From the NCBI GenBank assembly GCA_022827885.1, contig JAJEIP010000072.1:16508-80507 (forward strand): a stretch of DNA of 64,000 nt, written 5' to 3'. The translations under genes and the position numbers were made by a program. Shown here one piece after another: positions 9,161 to 18,352 of the stretch. Each line of letters opens with the position of its first letter. Positions within the stretch are counted from its first letter, which is position 1. This DNA comes from Candidatus Poribacteria bacterium. Its GTDB lineage: Bacteria; Poribacteria; WGA-4E; WGA-3G. The notes under the pieces were generated by a model. The model was not told where the DNA came from. It was given only the letters and a program-made list of their open reading frames with translations, and did no database searches.

Positions 9161-11905
9161 ATGAGAGGCAACCACAATACAGATATACCTCGTCCAGAGT
9201 ACCCGCGTCCAGATTTTCAACGCGGAACATCAGAAGGCATCGACTGGATCTGTCTGAACGGTCCATGGGAATTCGCTTTTGACCCTGACGATATCGGTGA
9301 ACAAGATCAATGGTTTGGTCTGAAATCCCCAACGACTGATTCCGTATGGACATTGCAAATACAGGTTCCCTACCCCTGGGAGAGCCTTGCGGCATGGGGC
9401 GACGAAGAACAAGCTGATAACGCAACCTATTTGAGCAAAAACGCCTATATCACACCTGAAGAAGTCACCTGTGGCGGTTTAGAACGTGGTGGAAATTATC
9501 GGGACCAACCGAGACATACAATCGGTTGGTATCGCAAAATGGTCTCTATCCCTGAGAATTGGGGCGATAGACGCGTTATTTTGAATTTTGGAGCTGTCGA
9601 TTGGGAAGCAACCGTTTGGGTGAACGGCGAAATCATCGGCAAAAACGAAAACGGGTACCTGCCGTTTGAATTTGACATCACAGACGCACTCACACCCGGG
9701 GAACCCGCACGCATCGTTGTTCGGGCTTACGACGCGCAGGACCACGGCGAGCAACTCGCTGGGAAACAGATAGGTTGGTACGAACGCACCAGCGGTATCT
9801 GGCAGTCTGTCTACTTAGAACCGAGAAACGAGACGCATATCGCGCAGTGTCATATAACACCTGACATCGACAACGCTTCTGCTACGTTTGCCGTTAAGGT
9901 AGATGGAAACTTAGACCCGGGACTCAACCTACGTTGGAGTTGCGACGGACAAAATGGAACAGTTCAAGTTTCTGGCAGCGAGACACACTGGACAATTACG
10001 ATCCCTCCTGAACAACTTCGTCTGTGGGACGTAGATACGCCACACCTCTACGACGTGACGCTTGAATTGCTGATGGAAAACACCGTCAGCGACAGAATTT
10101 ACACTTACTTCGGAATGCGGAAGGTTTCCATTGCGAAAGCGCCGGGTGGGGATTATCAGTATATCTACCTCAACAACCGCCCTATCTACCTGCTGGGTGC
10201 GCTCAATCAGTCGTTTAACCCGGAAGGCGTGTATACGTTCCTGACGGATGAAGCAATCCGCAGGGACATCGAGCGCGCAAAAGAATTCGGATTCAACTTC
10301 CTCAGACTTCACATCAAGGTAGATGAGCCGCGCCTTTACTATTGGGCTGACAAGTTGGGTTTGCTCTTTATGAGTGACATCCCGAATTTTGGCGACTACA
10401 CGGAGAAAGCAAAGACACGATTTGAGGAAACACTTCGCGGAAACATTGCACGCGACTACAATCATCCTTCGATCATCTCATGGTGCAATTTCAACGAAAC
10501 TTGGGGACTCGGTGGCAGGGAGTATAAAGAGATGCACGAGCGGCAAGAATGGGTACGTGAGATGTACCACCTCGCTAAATCTCTCGACACCACCCGCCTC
10601 ATTGAGGATAACTCGCCCTGTTTATACGACCATGTAGAAACAGATATCAACTCATGGCACTTCTACATCAACGATTATGAAGATGCGAAAGAACATATCG
10701 CGAACGTCGTGGCAGAAACATACCCGGGTTCAGCGTTCAATTACGCCGGTGGTAATGTCCAGAGCGATGCTCCGTTAATTAATAGCGAATATGGTGGCAT
10801 CTCAGCAGGTGCTGGGGATAAGGATGTTTCCTGGTGTTTCAAATACCTTACCAACGAACTCCGCCTCCATCCGAAAATCTGCGGGTACGTCTATACCGAG
10901 TTGCAGGACATCGAGTGGGAACACAACGGTTTCATGAAATACGACCGCTCCATCAAGGCATTCGGATACGATTATCTCGATATTAACACCTTAGATTTTA
11001 TCGGTATTGATTATCCGCCTGGGACAACAGTTACACCGGGTGAGAAAGTGAAGGCTGACATCTATGCGAGCCATTTCTCACACAAAACCATCACAGATAC
11101 AACACTCCACTGGCAATTGGATACGATGTCAGCAACGGGGGACATCACACGAGGCTCCGTTTCAGGAAGCGTTGATGTTCCATTCCCGCAGTACCAAGTG
11201 CAAAATGTGCATCAACTGGAACTTACCATGCCTGATGTTCACACCGCGGTTGGGACCCTCCACGTCTGGGTAACAGATGGCACGGGTTCTGTTGTCGCCC
11301 GTAATTTCATCAACTTTGAGCATTTCGTTGAAGCACCGGTAGGAGGGGTTTCTAACCCCGAATCCCAAAACGATTCAGGGTTCGTTAGTATCAACCACGA
11401 CCCTGGAAACGCCTCCAAGTGGGAGGGGTTTCTAACCCCGAATTCTGAACCCATAAGTGAAGCCCAATTGTTTGCCGCAGAGGGAAGTGGTTATGTTGAA
11501 TATGAGGTTGCGTTGATAGAAGGGATTGATCCAGCAAATTCCACAGAGATGGAACTGATCTTTGAAGCATCCAGCGCAAACGGTGGTGCGCGTCAAACGG
11601 AACCTGAAAAACACCCATCTGATGTGACGATCTCTGTCAACGGTGTTGAAATCGAGACGATCCACATACCCGACTGTCCGGCGGATGCCCGCGGTGTGCT
11701 TTCTTACATCCACGGTCACCCCGGCATTTATGGCTACCTTTATCGGGTTAAGATAGACCCTTCGGTTGTTTTTGAGAACGAGGCAGACACATTAACGGTC
11801 CGATATGAAGTGAAAGCAGATGCTGCGGCGAAAGGGGGGTTTGCACTCTACGGTGCACGTATGGGTAGATACCCGACGGGTCCCCATCTGCGCATTTATC
11901 TTTAA
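9161..11905 (+). CDS. Glycoside hydrolase family 2 (beta-galactosidase/beta-mannosidase-like)
   Basis: It has the GH2 sugar-binding region (GWYRK...VDWEATVWVNGEIIGKNENGYLPFEFDITDAL). It has the TIM-barrel acid/base motif NHPSIISWCNFNETWG. Its length is 914 aa. Confidence 0.85.
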   Translation: MRGNHNTDIPRPEYPRPDFQRGTSEGIDWICLNGPWEFAFDPDDIGEQDQWFGLKSPTTDSVWTLQIQVPYPWESLAAWGDEEQADNATYLSKNAYITPEEVTCGGLERGGNYRDQPRHTIGWYRKMVSIPENWGDRRVILNFGAVDWEATVWVNGEIIGKNENGYLPFEFDITDALTPGEPARIVVRAYDAQDHGEQLAGKQIGWYERTSGIWQSVYLEPRNETHIAQCHITPDIDNASATFAVKVDGNLDPGLNLRWSCDGQNGTVQVSGSETHWTITIPPEQLRLWDVDTPHLYDVTLELLMENTVSDRIYTYFGMRKVSIAKAPGGDYQYIYLNNRPIYLLGALNQSFNPEGVYTFLTDEAIRRDIERAKEFGFNFLRLHIKVDEPRLYYWADKLGLLFMSDIPNFGDYTEKAKTRFEETLRGNIARDYNHPSIISWCNFNETWGLGGREYKEMHERQEWVREMYHLAKSLDTTRLIEDNSPCLYDHVETDINSWHFYINDYEDAKEHIANVVAETYPGSAFNYAGGNVQSDAPLINSEYGGISAGAGDKDVSWCFKYLTNELRLHPKICGYVYTELQDIEWEHNGFMKYDRSIKAFGYDYLDINTLDFIGIDYPPGTTVTPGEKVKADIYASHFSHKTITDTTLHWQLDTMSATGDITRGSVSGSVDVPFPQYQVQNVHQLELTMPDVHTAVGTLHVWVTDGTGSVVARNFINFEHFVEAPVGGVSNPESQNDSGFVSINHDPGNASKWEGFLTPNSEPISEAQLFAAEGSGYVEYEVALIEGIDPANSTEMELIFEASSANGGARQTEPEKHPSDVTISVNGVEIETIHIPDCPADARGVLSYIHGHPGIYGYLYRVKIDPSVVFENEADTLTVRYEVKADAAAKGGFALYGARMGRYPTGPHLRIYL
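11342..11445. repeat. Two direct copies of palindromic element GGAGGGGTTTCTAACCCCGAAT(C/T)C, 80 bp apart, embedded in the GH2 ORF
   Basis: The copies lie at 11342-11365 and 11422-11445. Each has a GGGGTT-TCT-AACCCC hairpin core. The copies are read in different frames (GGVSNPES and EGFLTPNS) but the ORF stays open. Confidence 0.65.
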
Positions 11906-11979
11906 AGCACGTAGCTTGGAACATAGTGGAAAGCGGGTCTACGAACAGGCACGTCAAATCCCTAAGCCCGCTCAACGAA

Positions 11980-11999
11980 CCGCAAGGAATAATTAAAAA
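11980..11999 (+). repeat. Start-proximal element CCGCAAGGAATAATTAAAAA directly abutting the ATG at 12000
   Basis: It is a member of the CCGCAAGG-TAAAAT-TAAAAA family. No separate SD lies between the element and the start codon. Confidence 0.7.
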
Positions 12000-13109
12000 A
12001 TGGCAAGTCCTGAATTTGTATTCACACGTTACCCGAATTTAGAAATTTCTTGGCCCTACGTACACGAACGGATGGTGAGTCGCTTAGAAGAATTAGGTGT
12101 AACACTCGTCCTGAACACAGACAACCGAGACCCTATTCACGAACAGATCGACTTAAGCGAAACCATCGGAATATCGCACTTCGGCGGAAACCTGACCGAA
12201 GCTTGTATCGCGGCAGCTCCAAAACTGAAAGTTTTCGGAGCAATGACCGACAATTCTGGGCACGGTATCCCATATCAGGCACTTCAGGCACGTGGCATCC
12301 CCGTGATTGAATCGACACGCGCGTGGTCGCAATCTGTAGCAGAATGCGCTTTCGGTCTGGCACTGTCTTCGCTGCGTCGGACAGCACAATGGCACCTGCG
12401 GATGGCACAGGCCGAAAAATTGTGGGATTGGGAAAACCCGATGTGGGGTTCGCTCAGCGCACGTGAAAGCGGTGCCCCGCTGGATAAACTCCCCGCCGCA
12501 CATCAGTTCTGTGACGACCCCGATTTCGTTAACGGCGATCTCGGAACGAAACGGATAGGTGTTATCGGACTCGGGCAAATTGGCGGAAAGATCGCAAAAT
12601 GGTGCAGTGTCTTCGGCGCGAGAGTGATGGGCTTCGATCCTTATGTACCGGACGAACTTCTCCAAGAATGGAACGTGCAACGCGCCGATATGGACACGCT
12701 CGCTGATAGCGCGGATATCGTTTTCGTGGCGGTTCCACCGACCCCTTCAGCCAAACATCTGTTGAATCGAGAACGCATCTATCGCTTGCGGAAAGGGGGT
12801 TTGGTTGTCGTGATTACACGCGCCTTTGCCGTTGATATGGACGCATTACGAGAACGTATCGTGAAAGACGAACTCGCGGGTGCCTTCGACGTTTACGATA
12901 TCGAACCTGTTCCCGTTGACGATGAACTGCGCAATCGGGACAATGTTGTTCACACACCGCATATCGCAGGTAGAACAATAGATTCCAATTTACGCGTGGC
13001 GGACATGACTGTGGACGATTTTGTGCGGGTCCTAAAAGGTGAAACCCCCATCGGTGCGTTGACACCGAAAGCAGTTGAGGTCCGGACCTCACCCACCCCG
13101 AGTCAATAG
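12000..13109 (+). CDS. D-isomer-specific 2-hydroxyacid dehydrogenase family protein (NAD-binding)
   Basis: The NAD-binding motif is GVIGLGQIGGKIAKW. A catalytic His is present in HTPHIAGRT. Its length is 369 aa. Confidence 0.8.
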   Translation: MASPEFVFTRYPNLEISWPYVHERMVSRLEELGVTLVLNTDNRDPIHEQIDLSETIGISHFGGNLTEACIAAAPKLKVFGAMTDNSGHGIPYQALQARGIPVIESTRAWSQSVAECAFGLALSSLRRTAQWHLRMAQAEKLWDWENPMWGSLSARESGAPLDKLPAAHQFCDDPDFVNGDLGTKRIGVIGLGQIGGKIAKWCSVFGARVMGFDPYVPDELLQEWNVQRADMDTLADSADIVFVAVPPTPSAKHLLNRERIYRLRKGGLVVVITRAFAVDMDALRERIVKDELAGAFDVYDIEPVPVDDELRNRDNVVHTPHIAGRTIDSNLRVADMTVDDFVRVLKGETPIGALTPKAVEVRTSPTPSQ

Positions 13110-13126
13110 AATAGCCATCGGAAACC

Positions 13127-13252
13127 ATCAGCAGTCAGCCATTAGTTTTAAGAAGTTGTAAAGTGTGCTAAAGTTGAGAAGTTGTAAAGTTTATCCTAAC
13201 TTGCAAACTTTAGGAACTTGCAAACTTTCTACTGATGGCTGACTGCCGACAG
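13127..13252. repeat. MITE-like palindromic element: 16-bp terminal inverted repeats (CAGCAGTCAGCCATTAG / CTACTGATGGCTGACTGC) enclosing four AA(G/C)TTG(T/C)AAA(G/C)TT direct repeats
   Basis: This is seen directly in the intergenic region between the 2-hydroxyacid DH gene and hisC. No ORF is present. Confidence 0.5.
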
Positions 13253-13261
13253 GCACAAAAA

Positions 13262-14368
13262 ATGTCAACTGAAACATTGTACAAAAACCTTATCCGTCCA
13301 AATATCGCGGATATGGCACCTTATACGCCGATTGTTCCTTTCGATGTGCTGAGTAAACGTCTTGGGATTCCTGCTGAAGATATCATAAAACTTGATGCGA
13401 ACGAGAACCCCTACGGTCCGTCTCCTTCCATCTATCGCGCCCTTGCCGATGAAAAGGACTATCACATATATCCAGACCCGGACAGCACTGCCCTCCGTCA
13501 GGCACTGAGCGAGTACACAGACATTGATGCAACGCATATCATCGCCGGACAGGGTGCAGATGAACTGATTGATCTCATCGTTCGACTGTTCGTCACGCCT
13601 GGAGACGCTGTCATCAACTGTCCACCAACATTCGGAATGTACCGTTTCGATACAGAACTTAACGGCGGCAAAATTATTGATGTTGAACGAAAAGCAGACT
13701 TTTCCTTAGATATTGAAACGATAGTTGAAACTGCTACCCGCGGGAACCGACGCCCTAAAATCCTTTTCATTACAAGTCCAAACAATCCCGATGGCAGTGT
13801 TCTGAGTGATGCGTGTCTTCAGCAGCTGCTTCAGCTGCCGCTTATTGTTGTATTAGATGAAGCCTATATTGAATTTGCTGGAGGCAGTCGTGCAGACTGG
13901 GTTTTGGAACATGAAAACTTGATTGTGCTCCGGACGTTCAGTAAGTGGGCGGGACTTGCAGGGTTACGGGTAGGCTACGGTGTCTTTCCCGAGTGGATAA
14001 TTTCACACCTGTTAAAAATCAAGCAGCCCTACAATGTAAACGTCGCCGGGTCCGCAGCAGCAGTGGCTTCGCTGGCGGATGTACACTACCTACAGGGAAA
14101 CATCAGGAAAATTGTGGAAGAGCGTGAACGCCTCTATGCCGCATTGCAAAATTTTGATTTCTTAGAGCCGTATCCGAGTGAGGCGAATTTCATTCTGTCA
14201 AGGGTTGTTGGGAGAGATGCGGCGGAATTGAAAGCGGCATTAGCGGAGCGAGGTATTCTCATCCGATATTTTAATACCACCCTTTTACAAGACCACGTCC
14301 GGATCAGCGTGGGTAAACCGTCACAAACATCCGTTCTCTTGGAGGCATTAGAAGCTATCGGTTCATAA
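13262..14368 (+). CDS. hisC: Histidinol-phosphate aminotransferase
   Basis: It has the motifs LDANENPYGPSP and the PLP-lysine region TFSKWAGLAGLRVGYG. The ATG at 13262 (MSTETLYKNLIRPNIADMAPY) is preferred over the track start at 13235, which lies inside the upstream palindrome. Confidence 0.85.
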   Translation: MSTETLYKNLIRPNIADMAPYTPIVPFDVLSKRLGIPAEDIIKLDANENPYGPSPSIYRALADEKDYHIYPDPDSTALRQALSEYTDIDATHIIAGQGADELIDLIVRLFVTPGDAVINCPPTFGMYRFDTELNGGKIIDVERKADFSLDIETIVETATRGNRRPKILFITSPNNPDGSVLSDACLQQLLQLPLIVVLDEAYIEFAGGSRADWVLEHENLIVLRTFSKWAGLAGLRVGYGVFPEWIISHLLKIKQPYNVNVAGSAAAVASLADVHYLQGNIRKIVEERERLYAALQNFDFLEPYPSEANFILSRVVGRDAAELKAALAERGILIRYFNTTLLQDHVRISVGKPSQTSVLLEALEAIGS

Positions 14369-14403
14369 TTACCAATTGTTGAATCAACCGTCTCTCGCGC
14401 CTG

Positions 14404-15714
14404 TTAACTGTTAACTGAAGACTGATAACCCTCCAGGACCTCCTCTACGGAGCGGGTATTGGGAAACCATCCGACGATTTTCTGTAATACCTCGTCCAGT
14501 AACACATCAGGACAAGAGGCACCAGCCGTCAACACAATGTCGGTTTTAGGGTTGTCGGTTAAGAGGTTTTCTGGTGAAGGGATCCCCACTCGTTGACCGC
14601 TGACGGCTGACGGCTGACCGCTTTTTGAAAAAAGCCAATCCTTTGTAATTTTTACCTGCTTCGTTTCCAATTCAAGATGTCGAATCTCTTTAGGGCTCAG
14701 TAACTCTTCAGCATCCCGAATGAAATAGGTAGGGAGACGTTGTTGACAAAGCTCGACAAGATGGCTCGTATTCGATGAATTATAGCCTCCGACGACCACT
14801 GCCACGTCGCCACCATCGGCAATGAGTGCGAGCGTTGCGTCTTGATTTTCCTTAGTGGCATAACAGAGCGTGTCTCTTGTATCGGCGAAATGTGTTGATA
14901 TCTCAGTGTCCCCGTATGTCGTCCGGATCGCCTCTCGTAGTAAATCGGCAATTGCCTGTGTTTCGGTAGCAAGCATCGTTGTCTGATTGACAACACCGAT
15001 GCGTTTGAGGTGGACAGTGGGATCAAAACCGGGAGAGAATCGGTCTGCAAACTTCTCGAAGAAGAACGCAGCATCTTTTTCACCGGATATCACCTTGGCT
15101 AACGCTTGCGCCTCCGAAAGGTCCCGAACAACCACGACAGGCGCCCCTGCTTGTGCATGGGAAAATGTCGCCCGAGTTTCTTCATGGTAGCGTTTTCCGT
15201 GAATCACGACAGTGTAATCCTGCTTTCCGATTTCCTCGCTCCGCCGCCAAACTTTTTCAACAAACGGACACGTCGTGTTATAGGCTGTGAGGGTAACACC
15301 GCGCGCCCTGAGAGATTGCTCTATTTCAAGGGTTGTTCCAAAGGCAGGCACGATGACGACATCGTCAGGCATTAGAATATCAAAGGGAAGGAGTGGCGTT
15401 CCAGCGGTATCCATTAGGAACCGGACACCTCGATGTTTCAGATTCTCGTTGACATGTGGGTTATGGATAATCTCGGAGAGCAAAAAGATACGCTTGTCTG
15501 GATTTTCTGCTAACGCCTGATAGGCAATCTCAATGGCATTTTCAACACCGTAGCAGAACCCAAAATGGCGGGCGATTTTAAAGCGGACAGGTCCGAAATC
15601 CAGTAAGGTCGGTGAAAGATCCCGCTTTCGAGCATCCGTTTCTCGACGGGCATGTTTAACAACCGAGATCACTGGACTGTGATAGAAGTGAGGGAGCTTA
15701 AAAGTCCGCGGCAT
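14404..15714 (-). CDS. ispH: 4-hydroxy-3-methylbut-2-enyl diphosphate reductase (IspH/LytB), with N- and C-terminal extensions
   Basis: The signature FKIARHFGFCYGVENAIEIA contains the conserved Cys ligand. The [4Fe-4S] ligands lie later in the sequence. Its 436 aa exceeds the typical ~310. The start ATG directly abuts the dispersed start-proximal element. Confidence 0.8.
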   Translation of the reverse strand: MPRTFKLPHFYHSPVISVVKHARRETDARKRDLSPTLLDFGPVRFKIARHFGFCYGVENAIEIAYQALAENPDKRIFLLSEIIHNPHVNENLKHRGVRFLMDTAGTPLLPFDILMPDDVVIVPAFGTTLEIEQSLRARGVTLTAYNTTCPFVEKVWRRSEEIGKQDYTVVIHGKRYHEETRATFSHAQAGAPVVVVRDLSEAQALAKVISGEKDAAFFFEKFADRFSPGFDPTVHLKRIGVVNQTTMLATETQAIADLLREAIRTTYGDTEISTHFADTRDTLCYATKENQDATLALIADGGDVAVVVGGYNSSNTSHLVELCQQRLPTYFIRDAEELLSPKEIRHLELETKQVKITKDWLFSKSGQPSAVSGQRVGIPSPENLLTDNPKTDIVLTAGASCPDVLLDEVLQKIVGWFPNTRSVEEVLEGYQSSVNS

Positions 15715-15734
15715 TTTTTAATTTTACCTTGCGG
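15715..15734 (-). repeat. Start-proximal element (minus-strand reading CCGCAAGGTAAAATTAAAAA) abutting the ispH ATG
   Basis: On the plus strand the sequence is tttttaattttaccttgcgg immediately 3' of the cat (ATG) at 15712-15714. It continues into a longer shared module, TTCCGTATATCCGCT...AAATGTAAAGCAAAG-ATTATGCC-N6-GGCATAAT. That module also appears at 55667-55745 and, reverse-complemented, at 29405-29460. Confidence 0.7.
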
Positions 15735-15929
15735 TTCGGTCAGGTCGGTTCAGAATTTGACGTGCCTTTCCGTATATCCGCTCTCCAAATGTAAAGCAAA
15801 GACAAATTATGCCATTTAGGGCATAATTTCATTACGAGCTACGGTCTCACGGCAAATAGATTTTAATTTTACCTTATTGAAAACTGATCACTGAAAGGGT
15901 TGCGTAGCCCCCCGAACCGATAATCATTT

Positions 15930-16064
15930 TTAGGCACTCAGGACTTTTCGTCCCTTGGCGCGGCGGCGCGCAATGGTTTGCCTTCCATGCCGCGTGGACA
16001 TCCGTTTCCGAAAGCCGAGTTTATTTTTGCGTTTCCGACGATGCGGTTGATATGTGCGCTTCAT
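15930..16064 (-). CDS. rpmH: 50S ribosomal protein L34
   Basis: Hand translation of the minus strand gives [44 protein letters not shown] (44 aa). This is the canonical L34 sequence. It is absent from the ORF track (under 60 aa). It is divergent from dnaA, as in most bacteria. Confidence 0.85.
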   Translation of the reverse strand: MKRTYQPHRRKRKNKLGFRKRMSTRHGRQTIARRRAKGRKVLSA

Positions 16065-16335
16065 GTCTTTTTAATTAGGGCCCCTTGGGCTGCTCTCCAT
16101 TTGATTACGAGCAGGTTCTTGGTTAATTCCCGACTGGGTTTGTGATATATACTCAAATGATATTATTCTTGGCTTTAAAATGATACCTTATTTATAGATG
16201 TTTGTCAAATTTTTCATACGGCTCGCTTAATTTCCTAAAAATCGACTTGATAAAATTTTGATTTCAGTCCAGAATATTTTGTCAGCAGACGTTGCAACAT
16301 AAATTACAAATCCAAGAAAGTTTTCTGCAAAAAAT

Positions 16336-16364
16336 GTTGACATTTCTGCAATATAATGGTATGA
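16336..16364 (+). promoter_or_regulatory. Sigma70-like promoter upstream of dnaA (TTGACA-N17-TGGTATGAT, extended -10)
   Basis: It has a perfect -35, a 17-bp spacer and a TGn-TATGAT -10, about 80 bp upstream of the dnaA start. A second similar AATGGTATCATGATTTT repeat lies closer to the ATG. Confidence 0.4.
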
Positions 16365-16442
16365 TATTTTTTATAAGTAATGATTTTTTCATAAGTTCAT
16401 AAGAATGGTATCATGATTTTATCATAGTTTCTTACAGGAAAT

Positions 16443-17840
16443 ATGTTTATGCGGCACACCCCAAATGAAATCTGGCTGGAAATATTAGAAAAACTCAGCG
16501 ATACAGCAAGGCAAGATGTCTACCTTCACCAAGCAGTCCCGCTGTCAATCACAGCGGAGGCGCTGAATATAGCCGTTCCATCTGCCTACACGCGGGCAAG
16601 GATTGAGGAGCGTTTTCGTGCCGATATTCAACAGGTATTAGCGACCCTCATCGGGGCACAATGTGCCCTCATCCTTACTGTAGACGAGCCCACGTCGGAA
16701 GACAGCGAAGACTTTGGAGGAACGCAGAACGCAAAGAATTTAAATCAATCGCCTAATTCAAATCGGAGAACGCACACTCAGGCACCTGTGTCATCAATAC
16801 AGAATGAGACGGGATTGAATCCGAGCTATCGGTTTGATAGATTCATTGTGGGTTCCAGCAATATGATTTGCCACGCCACAGCCTTAGCGGTTTCGGAAAA
16901 TCCAGGACGCGACTATAACCCACTCTTTATCTATGGCGGTGTGGGATTGGGAAAAACCCATCTGCTACACGCAATTGGTAATCGACTCTTAGCAAACCAA
17001 CCAGATAAGAAAGTCCTCTACGTTACATCAGAAACCTTTATGAATGAGTACGTCGAGTCCATCGTCAACCGTGGATCGGCGCAAGGATTTCGGACGAAAT
17101 ACCGAACCGCAGATATGCTCTTGATTGATGACATACAGTTCTTACAAGCCAAGGAGGGGACACAAGAGGAGTTCTTTAATACCTTTAACGCCCTTCACAT
17201 GAACTCAAACCAGATAGTCATGAGCAGCGACCGGACACCAGACAACCTCGTAAACCTTGAAGAACGCCTCCAATCTCGGTTTCAATCAGGCATGGTCGCC
17301 GAAATTAGCATGCCACAATACGAAACACGTATCGCTATTCTTCGACAGAAATGCCGAGACCAAGGCTTAGAAAACCTTTCTGATGATGTGCTCAGTTACC
17401 TCGCAGAAGTCGTCACAACCAACATCCGAGAACTTGACGGAACACTTACAAGACTCATCGCACAAGCCACAATCCTCAAAGAAGATTTGACCCTGGAATT
17501 CGCACGGCAGGTGCTGAGCGATTTCGGGACCCCTGCCCCCATCCGACATCGAAAAATTGCTACATCCAGAGCCATACAAACAACTGTCGCCGATTACTTC
17601 GGAATCGAGACAGAAGATCTTGTCTCGCAAAAACGGACAAAGGCAGTCGTGCAACCCCGTCAGATCGCTATGTACATGTGCAGAGAGCTCACAGCAATGT
17701 CCTATTCGGATATTGCACAGGCGTTTAATAGGGGAGATCATACCACTGTTATCCACGCCTGTAAACAAATAGAAAAAATCGTTGACAGAGATGGCGAAGA
17801 TCGACAAATGATTCTCCTATTAATCGATCAATTCCGTTAA
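16443..17840 (+). CDS. dnaA: Chromosomal replication initiator protein DnaA
   Basis: It has the AAA+ Walker A (GGVGLGKTHLLHAIGN). It has Walker B (LLIDDIQFL) and sensor/box VII regions. The C-terminal DnaA-box binding domain is YMCRELTAMSYSDIAQAFNRGDHTTVIHACKQIE. Confidence 0.92.
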   Translation: MFMRHTPNEIWLEILEKLSDTARQDVYLHQAVPLSITAEALNIAVPSAYTRARIEERFRADIQQVLATLIGAQCALILTVDEPTSEDSEDFGGTQNAKNLNQSPNSNRRTHTQAPVSSIQNETGLNPSYRFDRFIVGSSNMICHATALAVSENPGRDYNPLFIYGGVGLGKTHLLHAIGNRLLANQPDKKVLYVTSETFMNEYVESIVNRGSAQGFRTKYRTADMLLIDDIQFLQAKEGTQEEFFNTFNALHMNSNQIVMSSDRTPDNLVNLEERLQSRFQSGMVAEISMPQYETRIAILRQKCRDQGLENLSDDVLSYLAEVVTTNIRELDGTLTRLIAQATILKEDLTLEFARQVLSDFGTPAPIRHRKIATSRAIQTTVADYFGIETEDLVSQKRTKAVVQPRQIAMYMCRELTAMSYSDIAQAFNRGDHTTVIHACKQIEKIVDRDGEDRQMILLLIDQFR

Positions 17841-17933
17841 CTTCTGTTAACAAAATCCGAGAGGACTACCCTCCGATTCCGCTTTTCAGCACTCAGTCGT
17901 CCCTTTTTTCAGTCTTAAACTGCCCTTTAAACC

Positions 17934-18200
17934 TGTGGATAACCTGTGGATAACCTGTGGATAACTCAATTGGGAATTGTGGATAACTTGTGGATAACTC
18001 AAAATACACTTTTAGATTGTGGATAACCTGTGGACAACTCAAAAAGTTATCCACAGGTTATCCACAGGTTATCCACACCCTCAAGTCAATGGCCACAAGG
18101 GTTTAAGCGAGTTATCCACAATTTTACCGCCTACTACTACTCCTACTATGGTATATAATATATATATCGTAATTAGTTAAAGAATTAGCAATGTGGATAA
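17934..18200. other. oriC: 12 DnaA boxes (TTATCCACA) in phased convergent arrays plus an AT-rich DNA unwinding element
   Basis: TGTGGATAA boxes lie at 17934, 17945, 17956, 17978, 17989 and 18018, with a one-mismatch box at 18029; most are spaced 11 bp apart. Opposite-orientation TTATCCACA boxes lie at 18047, 18058, 18069 and 18112. An AT-rich stretch at 18121-18180 (tatggtatataatatatatatcgtaattagtt) follows. One more box lies at 18192-18200. Confidence 0.85.
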
Positions 18201-18352
18201 CTCGCGAATTCAAGAAGAGGTTAAGCAGGATCAAAAAGTTGTTAACGATATGCGAGAAAATTATTAACTCCAGAAAAGTTACGAGACCCAAAAATTTAGG
18301 TACGCTGCCGAAACGAAAAATGTTATCAATCTAATGTTACGCTCTCAAACAC

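Noticed and set aside
14583-14612. CTGACGG tandem triplet inside the ispH 3' end
   Set aside because: It is coding (GQPSAVSGQ) and too short and imperfect to count as a repeat feature.
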